A stretch of DNA of 63,985 bases, filler included, from Reclinomonas americana ATCC 50394 (lineage: Eukaryota), in the NCBI GenBank assembly GCA_048213135.1. It is 7 parts of 5 records of this genome, joined end to end, with 100 filler letters (N's around TTAATTAATTAA, not from the genome) between each part and the next. Parts side by side here need not be neighbours in the genome. Positions count along the whole stretch, not along the records: positions 8,850 to 26,663 come from PS015402.1; 6 more parts are not named here. One strand, written 5' to 3'. The translations under genes were made by a program, and so were the position numbers. Each line of letters opens with the position of its first letter. The first letter of the stretch is position 1. Positions 11,737 to 24,300 of this stretch are shown piece by piece. The notes under the pieces are model-generated. The model saw nothing but the letters and a program-made list of their open reading frames with translations. It was not told the origin of the DNA and made no database searches.

Positions 11737-14700
11737 TTACAGAACAAACGGATTGACCCGGCGCCCGTCGCACATGGGCGAGAACGGACACACGTGAGCC
11801 CACATGATGGCCTCCGAGAGCGGGATGACAGTGGCCCCATCGTCTAATATGTACATGGGACCCTGCAGACGAATCGTACAGCCGAGTCAGTTCACGGCCA
11901 CCCTCCCTTTCATCGAAGCACGCCACATCTCACCTTGACTTCCTTGCCACTGATGCAGCTGCGAATGGTAAATCCGAGGGGGCTTCGGGACGGCAGCGTC
12001 GAGCCCGTGACACGCACGACATTGATTTCACGCGGCAGAGTGTGTGGGTCATCGCCTGCATACACACATGTACACATGTTGTTCGGTCAGTCATCCCACG
12101 GTCTTCTTCACACCTCCTCCCATCGTTACACACGAACCGAGTGCGCGTCGGAACGCTGAAGCCGCTTGTGCCACCACCGCGGACGTACTTGGTTCGGTGA
12201 GGAGCTCTTGCAGCTGCAAGGGACATACGGTGAGCGTGGGAGGCATGGTGAAGATGAGCGCACGGCTGCACTGACCGCCTCGGTTGCTCGACGAGCACTA
12301 AAGGTGGCCAGCGCCTTGATCTTGACGAATTTTAGCCGATCAGGTACGAGTGTGCGCTGGCCGTTCATTTGCGATCTGCGAGGGAGCGGGAGAGCGCGCG
12401 TGAGTCACACTTTCGCGACGCCACGCCACGACGACGATCACGAAACAGAGCGCAGTCGACAAGTGCCGGCACGATCTCCGTGTAGCCCTTCCAGGAGGCG
12501 ACAAACGCCCCAACGGCGTAGGCATACATCAGCACCTCCTTCACATCCCTTGTGCGCAGAAAAAGAAGTCAACACACGACCAGACACAGAAAAAGTGGCA
12601 CATCCATCCCGTGCGCAACTCTATCGGCACCTCCATCAGCGGGATGCATGCGACCCACTCAATGATGCGCTGCATCTCGTTGAAATCCCACACGTCGGCG
12701 GCGGAAACCTGGCGCAACCGCTCAACAGCCATCTTGATGGCATCGTCATGAATGCGTGCCAGCACCGAGTACTTGAGCTGCGACGGGAAGTCTCCTTGTG
12801 CCGCCGAGTGGCTGACCACCAGCGAATCGCGGAAGGTGCGCGGATCACGCAAGCCAAGCTACGTTCGGGTGAAAGTGAGTGACGAGGAAAGACAAGGCAA
12901 GCGGAATGAAGAAAACACACACATACCTCTCGATACACCCTCTCGACCACGGTCTCGGCATTGTGGAATCGTGCACACACCAGCTCCTTGACTGGCACCG
13001 AGTCGCGCAGCAGCGGCGCCAACATGTTCACCAAGTCCCTGCATTCAATCACTCGCACAGGTCAGACACGAGAGTGGCACACACCGTCTCTGCGTGCTTG
13101 CTCACCATCGCTCATGGCCCTCGGCGGCAAAGATCATGTCACGCACCACACTCTCTTCTTCGCGCCACAGATTGAGAATCTTGCAAAGGGAGAATGCCAG
13201 ATCGTGCTCGAAATTCTTGGTCAGCGTGCGCACGGCGTTCTGCGATGAGAAGAAGAAACGAGAATGGGCATCGAGAATGCGGGAATGAGTGGGTGTGAGC
13301 ACAGTCGACACGCACATGCACGTCGGAGATGGCCAAGAAAGCGGCGGCCGCCCACACAGGTCGTGATGCTCGCTGCAGTTGCTCAGCACGAAGACGCGTG
13401 AGATTGGCGAGAATGTGATCACCATCAGGTGCGCGACTGGACGAGGCGGAAATGCGCATGCTCGACGTCCGCTCGGGTGCTACACGACATGAGAGGTCTC
13501 GTTGAGCTCCACAAAAACAAACATCTGCACCGTGCGAAGTGGGTGGTGTATCATGCCGCACCTGTACCACCCGGCGTCGACTGGCCGGCCGAGAACTTGC
13601 CGACGGCACTGCTCTTGGCGACCACCATTGCGTCGTCGAACTGGCCGCGTTGAATGTAGAAATTCAGCAGCTGGGGACCGCGAACAACAGTGAGCCTGAG
13701 CATACATACACGCTAGACAGGCAGGTAACGTAAAATTACAAACCCTTTCCACTTCACCCGAGGCCAGCAGCAACGGAACACAGGATTCGTCGCCAGTCTC
13801 CAGCAGATTCTGTCCCTGGCGTGAGGTGAGTTCTCGCCAGTAGTCCAGGCTGACGGCCGGTGCAATAGCCAGTGCCCGCTCCCACTGCCCGTTGCGTGCG
13901 TACAGCTCGGCGGCCCCGCGAATGTTGCCACACTGTGCGAAGTGTCACGATACAGACACACCGCGACAGCATCAACCACAGCACACAGACCTCGGCCATG
14001 TACAGAGCAGCGCGCTGAATGCGCTCGGCTCGATTGCGCAATTGCACCACGGCACCGACGGCCACGCGGACGCGGTTGCTGTTGGTAGGGCGCGACGAGA
14101 CTGCCGACGGCGATGACGGCTGAATCGTACAAGCAGAGCGCGGAGTGAGTGACTTTCTAATTGGCACGACGGACGGCCGGCGAGAGAGCACACGAACCAG
14201 GCGCGCCGAGGAGTCGATGACTGCTCGAATGCCGCTGACGTCACCGATGCGAGATCGCACAGCAGAGAGTTCACGCGCGCGGGCCTATTGCCAATCTGAG
14301 TGACTGCATAACAGCGCGACTCTCGATATCAAAACTGACCTCATACGTCGACAGCAGATCGTCGGCGTGCAGAATGTTGTTGGCTGGATTGCACGGCGTC
14401 GAGCGCACCACGCGGGAGAGCAAGTCAAAGATCTCGTCGACACCACTGGGGAACTGCGTGCGCCAGTGGCCGATGAGTGAAACAATTCAACCGACAGCCG
14501 CAGCACAACATTGATGGCCCACCGTGAAGAACTCGTGGAACAAACGGTGTCGTTCTAGCTCGTCCGAGCACGACCCCAGTTGCTCGTTGAGCTGCTGCGA
14601 TCCGCGTCCACACAGCTTGGGACGACTGTTGCGACGCATTACGCTCTCTGTCACATGCGCGCACGTGAGTCCACATACGCACACATACATCACCGTGCTT

Positions 14701-17700
14701 GAAATAACGCACCGGGGCTGTCACAAATATCAGCATCCCACCGCGAGCCGAGAAGAGCGGCAATCTTCAGCGCTCGCACTTCCCAGTCAAAGTCCCACAC
14801 GCGCAGAGTGGTGTCACGTGAGCCGCTGACAAACTACACACGCGCAGCTCATTCTGTTTAGTACACTCGACGCTGGGCAGGCGGCCANNNNNNNNNNNNN
14901 NNNNNNNCGGCTCCACACTGCCACTCACCGTGAAAGGTCTGAGCGGATGCGAGGTGATGGCATACACGTCGGCATAGTGATCAGAGAGTACGTTGGTGCA
15001 CGAGCCATCACTGCATGCGTGTGAGTCAGTGATCGCGAGAACAGCAGTCATTAATCTCGCACAGTACCGAGTGTCCCAGATGCGAATAGCACCGTCCCAG
15101 CCGCCACTCAGCAGCACGTGCGGCAACTCGGAACACCACTCCAGCGCACGAACATTGTGCTCGTGACCTTTCAAGATCAGGGGCGAGCTGTGCGTCTGCG
15201 CAAACGCCGAGTCGCAGTGAATAACCACACACGGATGACACACACAAACACTGAATGGATGCCAACGCACAGCTTTCGTGTCCCATATGCGCACAGTGCG
15301 ATCATTGGAGCCGGAGGCCAGAATGCCAGGCAGCAGTGGATTCCACGCCACATTGTACACCGCCGCGGTGTGGCCGCTAAAGATCTGGATGGTCGGCCGT
15401 TCGCTGGTCATATTAATCACGCGAACTTGCTTGTCGAAGCAGCCAGTGGCGAGGAGAGATCTGTCACGCAGCGAGACAACGATGGTGACGGTGAGGAAGA
15501 AGACGAGTGCAGACGGATGACGCCACACAGAGACCACCAACCCATCATGAGGCGACCAGGCGACTCCAAACACCACGTCGGGATGCTTGAACTTGTGCAT
15601 CACCGTGCCGTCGTCTTGGAAAACAATGCTGTCGTCGATCGCCAGTGAGTGAATCACCAAAGTCATGTGTGACACCAGCAACGGCGTTACCATTGCTTGT
15701 CCTTGCCACCAGAGGCCAGCACCGAATTCTGGTGAGCGTTCCACGACACCGTGTACACCGTGTCGGTGTGCAATTGCATCTGTTGCACAATGTTGCCACG
15801 CTCAGCGTCCCAAATGATAACATGACCGTCGGCAGTGGAGGCGGCCACCAAGTAGCCCTCTGCAATGTGCACGCACAAAGAAGGCTGAGTAGGCGGGTGG
15901 TGCGCACGTAACGGCAGCAGCAGCACATACCAGGCGACCACGTCACGGAAAAGAGCGTCGAAGGTGCACCCAACAGCGTGTCCACGCACTCCAGCTTGCG
16001 CATGTCCCACAGCTTGACGGTCTTGTCGTAGGAGCACGTGGCGAGGATGTTTGGATTCTCACAGCACAGCTTCGCGCCGAAAATGGTCTCCGTGTGACCC
16101 GGCTCGGTCAGGAACTTGAACTTTTTCTGCGCAAAGTCGTAGATGCCCACACTCCCGTCGATGAACGTGGTGATGGCGTCTCGCCGGTTCGGCAGGAAAC
16201 GGAAATCCATGAAGCCGGGATCACGCAGTCGCAGATTGTCGGTCGACGACCTGCGAAATGGTGAGCGAAAGTGGTAATCACAGCGACGCAGCAGCAGCAG
16301 CAGCGTACACGCACTTCTTGGACACGTTCCACAGAAACACATTGCCGTTCTTGCTGCCGACACTGAGAAAGTCGCCCGGTTGCGTGGCAATCCACTGCAC
16401 GCAGCGGACACCTGCAGCGAGGAGCGGCAAGTGAGNNNNNNNNNNNNNNNNNNNNNNNNNNNNNNNNNNNNNNNNNNNNNNNNNNNNNNNNNNNNNNNNN
16501 NNNNNNNNNNNNNNNNNNNNNNNNNNNNNNNNNNNNNNNNNNNNNNNNNNNNNNNNNNNNNNNNNNNNNNNNNNNNNNNNNNNNNNNNNNNNNNNNNNNN
16601 NNNNNNNNNNNNNNNNNNNNNNNNNNNNNNNNNNNNNNNNNNNNNNNNNNNNNNNNNNNNNNNNNNNNNNNNNNNNNNNNNNNNNNNNNNNNNNNNTGGT
16701 GCGGCAATCGCGAGATGTTGACGGTGAGAGAGGGTGAGACGACGGAGACCTGCTTGCGGCTGTCGGTAGTGATTGACAAACGAAGTGTTGCCGAGTTCAC
16801 CCATGGCTATGTGCCCGGCATCGTAGCCAATCAAAAAGTACTGGTGTGAAAGCGGGTCCCACTGCACGTCGGTGACAGCGCCACAGTCGGTGGCCGGCGG
16901 GTTGAAGTGGATCGGATTTGGCTTGGCACCACGCGACCACAGACTCGTGACACCGTTGGCGTGGCCGGCAAGGAAAACACCACCCTGTACACGCACACAT
17001 AAAGGGAGAAGTGTGAGTCACGTGACGCGGGCGACCCTGCACCGAAGACTCCACTCACGCACATTCTGCAGATTCCAACGCACAACGCGCACTTCCGACT
17101 TGACCTTGAGATCGATCTCGGTCACGTCGCCAGAGCGGAAGTTCCACATGACCACGTGCCCTGCCCGCAGAGTGAGGTGGCAGGAGAGATGAGAGAGAGA
17201 GCACGCGAACAATACGCAACCGTTTTCCAAGCCAACGAGCAGCACAAACTCCTCGTGTGGGCACCAGTCGAGCGCCGTGATCGCGCGTCCATTATGCTCA
17301 AACGTCGCCACAATCTCACCACGCGAGATATCCCACACGCGCAGTCGCTTGTCGAGCGTCGACGTGCACAGGAGCGACGTGGAGTGTGGCGACCTGTGTG
17401 GCACGTTCGTGAGCTGGATCTCCACCAAGAGCGCACCAGCGCCGACAACGCAACAGAGTCAATGCCGAGATCGTCACATCGTAGCCCGTAATCACTCGCT
17501 CCAGCGAAAAGTCGCTCACATCGTGCACATACACCGACAGTGTCGAACAGTAAAAGAAACGCGACGCATTGCCACACGCGAGATCTGCTCATCGATCGAT
17601 CGTCATCAGTGTACAGTGGATCACACACACACACTTGAACACGCAACTGTGAAACCACGCTTGTGTGCCTGACGGGATGAGGCCCTGTGGATTGCGACAA

Positions 17701-17893
17701 ACAGGAGTATGAGGTGACGCACAGACACATCAGTCAGTCAGTACGAGAGAGAGACACACACAGAGAGAGCAAAGAGCACCACCAAACGCACCACTTGTCG
17801 CTGCGCAAAACAGAGAGACACACACAAGCACACAGCGTCAGCGGCAATGTCCAACACACACACACGCGCGCACACACAGCTGCCACTCACCAT
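11737..17893 (-). CDS. WDR17: WD repeat protein 17
   Basis: N-terminus M|RQV|GLIPSGTQAWFHNLAC..RFFYCSTLSVY; GHTETIFGAK..NPNILATCSYDKTVKLWD; many GH..WD repeats; C-terminus IPLSEAIMWAHVCPFSPMCDGRRVNPFVL*, matching the WDR17 tail. Confidence 0.9.
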
Positions 17894-18030
17894 GACGATC
17901 AATCACACACGCAGTCACACACACGCACGCAGAGCTGATCAAGCTTGTGAACGCACACGCGACACAACGATCAATGAGCGCGCGAAAAATCAAACGAAAT
18001 TGCGGCGGCCACCACTCGAGCTCATCTTGC

Positions 18031-18939
<909 letters not shown>

Positions 18940-19009
18940 GGAGGAGAATTTGGCGAGGAGTGAACGAGTGGTTCACTGGCTGGTAAGGCGCATGTTGCAT
19001 TGGCACAAG

Positions 19010-21143
19010 TCAGTCGTGATCGGGTGGTGGTGGTGGTGGTGTCAGTGGTTCGCGAGCCACCGACAGAACCAGGTCGACGAGAGCCGCAAGTCGTGTGGTG
19101 CTCTTGTCGCTGGCAGAGGCGCCCACGTCGGTCGCACCGCCGTCGCCGGGCAGCATCAGGTGCTTCATCTGCGACTCGGTCAGCGTGCACAGGACCTGCA
19201 CCGAGGGGTGCATGTGAGGATGGGAAGCATTACGGTGCGGCAGAGTTATGCTCAAAAAAAAAAAACGCAACGTGTGCTGCCACAGTCGGCAACACCAGAG
19301 CGAGGCACTCTTGCAGCAGAACCGTGGCCTCCTCTGTAGTGGCGGCAATGCTCTCCCTCAGCAGACGGCCGCCCTGCACTGCTGACAGCGCGTTCAGGTA
19401 GATGGATATGAGCTCATCGCGGGCGGTCTGCGTGGAGATGGCTGCCGATGGGAGCACGGAGGTGACAAAGAGTGTGGCGAGGTCGAGGACCGGATGTCCG
19501 ACCTGCAGGCGATCAGCGAAGGGAGCTTGTCGATCAAGCAAGCTGCGCACTGCACACTCACCATGGCGCCTCGGAGACCCAACAAACGGCATTCGGCTGG
19601 TGCGGGGTTGTCTCCACCATGGCGACGCAGCATCAAGTTGCTGATGGTACATGCTGCGGGGAGATGAGGTGAGACGTGAGGCCGCTGAATGCACTCATGG
19701 CTACGTCACCTCCGTGACACAGAGTGAGTGTGTCTGGCTGACGGCTGGCAAGGTAGTCCAGCACGCGCAGCACATCGGCAACCAACTCGTCCACTGCAAC
19801 GTCGTCTTCATCCACCTCCCGCTCCAGCAGTGTGCACGCTTGCAGCAGCGCCGGAAGCGCCGCCGCATGAACCGTCTTTCCGTACAGCACTCCACCAGTA
19901 CTGACTGCTCCGCTCACCACCGGCAGTGTTTCGTAGCTGGCGCGCGGTGCCGTGTACATGGTGGCGTGCAGTCGGGCCAGCGTCAGCAGCACTCCGGACA
20001 CATCTTGGACGTGTGTCATGTCCAGGCCTTGCGGCAAGCGCACACTCTCCCAGCCGTCGTTGCTGTTCAAGTCTTCGAGCACAATCACCCGGTCCTCCAG
20101 CGGCACCGCGTCGCGTGCTGCATACAGGCATGGCAGACAGCGTACTGTGCGTCGTTCCGTGACTCAGTGAGTTAGTCAGTCTCATTCATGTTTCTCGTTT
20201 CTGGCACTAGGGCGCAACTTGAGTCTGGTGGTCTCTCGAGCAGTGCCGTCTCGTACGCCCTGTACACTGTCAGTTCGCGGACAAAGGTGCTGAAGAGCGG
20301 AGTCGCCTTGGACGGTGGTAGCAGTGGCGGTGGCGGTGGCGTCGTCGTCAGCGGCAGTCCGATCCCGAGACCCGCTGTCAACTCGGCGAGCGCCAGGTGA
20401 TCGTTGAAGTCGTCGTCGCTGTCGTCATCGTCGCTGTCGTCGTCGGCGTCGTCCAGCAGACTGGTGCCACTGGTCAGCTGCGTGGCCGTCAGGCGGCACC
20501 ACAGCGGGTTGTCGTCGCCAGCCCCCTCGTCGCCATTGTCGAACTCCTCGTCGCCCGGCCGCCGCACAGGGCTCACATCCTCGTCGTCGTCGTCAGAGGT
20601 GGCAAACTTGAGCACTGCACTCCACAGTGCGTTCGCAGGCACACCTGTGGGTGGCTGCACAGATGTCACTCGAATGTCTCGACGGCGACGATAACACGAT
20701 GGCGTGCGCGCAACTCCATCGGACTGTGGGCACGCATACACGCGGTACACTGGCGCGCTGGAGGAGCCTTGCCGCAGCCGCTGGACAGCAAAGTGCATTC
20801 GCTGCCGCCTGCCCAGCACACACGCGTGCACAGGTAAAGTTAGTCTGCAAGAGAAAGATTCTCTCTCTCCATCTAGATCTGTCCATTCACAATTTTTGGG
20901 TTGAGGAGAGTCAGAAGAGGCGCATATCTGAGAGGCAGAAGGAGGAGATGGCAGTGCAGGCGATGTGCTGGCTGGTACAGAGACTTGGCGACTACCGAGA
21001 GTATCTCACCGTTCTTGCTCGTCCTGCGGCTTCTCTCGCCACGCCGACTCGGGAATCACCTGCGGCGACGACAGCCACGCCAGGAAACTCTCACTCGTTA
21101 AGCACCGCGGCAACGCAACCTGCGCGTGCGCCGCTGGATCCAT
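19010..21143 (-). CDS. EcKL (ecdysteroid kinase-like)/APH-fold protein, probably a pseudokinase
   Basis: Motifs in family order: LKF, FVRELTVY, IVLEDL, LARLHA, TLCHGA.T.SNLM, GHPVLDLA, ELISIYLNAL. The catalytic aspartates appear replaced. Confidence 0.65.
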
Positions 21144-21306
21144 GTTTTCTGCACAACTCATCATTTCTCCGACCGGATTGATTTCCCGCACGCGAGCAAC
21201 AAACCGTTACAAACAGTGGCGCCAAAAATCGTGTTGTTTGATTTTGGAGGAGAAAAGCAAACCTTTTTCGCACTTTACTCGTCACACACACACGCACGCG
21301 CACAGC

Positions 21307-24300
21307 ATGGCAGCCGCTGTTGAGTTGACGCACAAGTGCGTGACTGCGCTGGTGCGCAAGTTGCCTCCTCGTGTGGAAGAGATGGAGGAGGAGGACGGCG
21401 CCACACTTGCGGAAGCACGTCGTCTGTTCAGTGCTCTACACAAGCGACAGGTGCCTCCATCACGTCTCTCTCTTTGTGTGTGTATGTGTGTTGGAGAAGA
21501 GGCGGCAATGTGACTCGTGTGTGTGCGTCTTGCGCTGAGCAGAAGAGTCGATCGGATGACTTCAATCTGCTGGAGCAGCTGGATCGCCTCCCAGTGCGAT
21601 CATTGGCCGAACTCTGGCTCCTCTCCTCGTTCGTGGTAGCTGATGCGTTTTCGCGTCTCACGGAGCCCATTATGGACGCCGATGAGGCGATCTCTGGTGT
21701 GTGTCATCCTACACTCTCTCTCTCTCTCTCGGTTTACACAACACGCACTCCTGTCTTTACCAACTGGTTGGTGTGTAGAGCTGATGGACGAGAGCCGAAG
21801 CGCTGTTCTCTGTGTGACCACCCTCGCCTTGCGTCACATTGCGGGCACAGCGGAGAAGAGTGTGAACCCGATTGCGGCCGAACCATTCTTCTTGCTGGTG
21901 CAGCGCCTGCATGGTGCGTGTTCTTGTGGCAACCTACGATGTGTGCGCACGATGGTATGCCCACGTGCTGCTGACTGGCTTCTCCTCTACGCCACCGCAG
22001 ACAATCTGCTGCAGTTGGCCGAGCACCGCGANNNNNNNNNNNNNNNNNNNNNNNNNNNNNNNNNNNNNNNNNNNNNNNNNNNNNNNNNNNNNNNNNNNNN
22101 NNNNNNNNNNNNNNNNNNNNNNNNNNNNNNNNNNNNNNNNNNTGTGATTGAGCAGTGCTCTCGTGTGTGCGAGGCGGTGTTCCTGCACTCCACGAATCCA
22201 CCCAATCGCGAACGCCTGTGCCCGCAGCTGATTCTCTACACTCTCACACGTGCTCTCGACTCGGCACTGGCACCGGCGGCCACAGTGCGGCGGTGCTACC
22301 TGCTGCGGGAGGCGCTGCCGCACTTTGACTTTTCGGATCCACTCTCGTCGGCCACGCTGCGTCAGCTGCTGCTGCAGTGCGCCGTCTCACCGGCGTTCTT
22401 GCGTGGCGGTGCTCGTGGAGACGGCGCCAAATTCATCTCGTTCTGCCTCGGCGGAGGTCAGTTCACTATTGCTGGCAACGGTCGCAAGTGAGCAGCGCAG
22501 CGAGTCCTCACATCGATGCCACCTCGCAGGTATCAATGATGCCTCGCTGACGAACGACTTGTTTGCCGTGGTGCTTCCGCAACTGCCAGCGTGCAAGAAG
22601 AGCACGGCAGAGACATATGGCGAAATCATCTACCGCGCGTGGAAGGTGAAGCATTCGTGTAGTCGTCTTGACAGTGACGTGGGGGTGCTGAAGTTTGTTG
22701 GATCGCAGAACACACCGTTGCAGTCGCGCAACTTTTTCGAGCAGCGCGTGATTCAAGATCTCATGTCTCGCGCTGTGCACGCTCGCACGCCGGCTTTTGC
22801 CACGGTGTTGCAACGAGTGCTGCACGTNNNNNNNNNNNNNNNNNNNNNNNNNNNNNNNNNNNNNNNNNNNNNNNNNNNNNNNNNNNNNNNNNNNNNNNNN
22901 NNNNNNNNNNNNNNNNNNNNNNNNNNNNNNNNNNNNNNNNNNNNNNNNNNNNNNNNNNNNNNNNNNNNNNNNNNNNNNNNNNNNNNNNNNNNNNNNNNNN
23001 NNNNNNNNNNNNNNNNNNNNNNNNNNNNNNNNNNNNNNNNNNNNNNNNNNNNNNNNNNNNNNNNNNNNNNNNNNNNNNNNNNNNNNNNNNNNNNNNNNNN
23101 NNNNNNNNNNNNNNNNNNNNNNNNNNNNNNNNNNNNNNNNNNNNNNNNNNNNNNNNNNNNNNNNNNNNNNNNNNNNNNNNNNNNNNNNNNNNNNNNNNNN
23201 NNNNNNNNNNNNNNNNNNNNNNNNNNNNNNNNNNNNNNNNNNNNNNNNNNNNNNNNNNNNNNNNNNNNNNNNNNNNNNNNNNNNNNNNNNNNNNNNNNNN
23301 NNNNNNNNNNNNNNNNNNNNNNNNNNNNNNNNNATTCCACGCCAATAAGCTCGTTGCCGGAGTCGATGCGATGCTCCTCCGGCTCTACGAGCCAATTCTC
23401 TTCCGCTCACTGAAGGTGGCCAATAATGCAGGTGCGCTGTCGATGTCGTCCTCCTGTGCCTCAGATGAGATCACGCGTTCTAATCACCGTTTTCCTGGCA
23501 GTGCGACGCAATGCGGCGCACTTGTTCTTCGATGCGTTCCCGTTGCAGAACCCGGAGGTGCACCAGGCCGAGTTCCAGGAAATGATTCAGCTGCAATTCA
23601 ACGCGATCGAAGAGCTGCTCTCCGACTCATGCCCCGATGTGCGCGCCGTCGCCGTGCAGGGCGTGTGCCACATTATCAAGGTGGAGTGACTGAGCGCGCG
23701 CACAAACACACACATGGGCAGGTTGTGGAGTAAGCTGACACCGGCGTTTTTTTTTGTGTTTTTGCGTTTGTAGGTATACTTTGACCTTGTGCCACTCGCC
23801 ACCGTGCAACACTTGCTGCGCCGCCTGGTCCGCGACTTGGCCTTCGACTCCAACTCGGTGGGCGTGCGTGTCGCCGTCTTTGAGGGTCTGTCAGCTGTGC
23901 TGGACAACCACTTGGCGCACCCGGTGCTGCAAAGCATGTTGCCACGCTTGGCGCCACTGATGCAAGACCGTTCGGAGCGTGTGCGTCGTGCTTTTGCCGA
24001 CCTGTTGTACCGCGTCAAGAGCATCCGCAACATCCGCTACTTTGACATTGTGCCGCTGGATCACATCTTTGCGGCACTCGTGGCCAATGCTGGAAACCGC
24101 GTTGGCAAGCGTCTGTGCGGTCTCCTGCTCAACTCGTTCTTCCCCTACAACAAGAATCAGTCGATGCAGCTCTCGCGGTGTGCCGACTTTGTACGAGTGA
24201 GTACCCCCGGAGGCGCACTTCATGTACCCCCGCACACGGTCTCACACCATCCTGTACAGAGGAATGGGCCAGCTGCAGTGGCATTCTACTCACGCATTCC

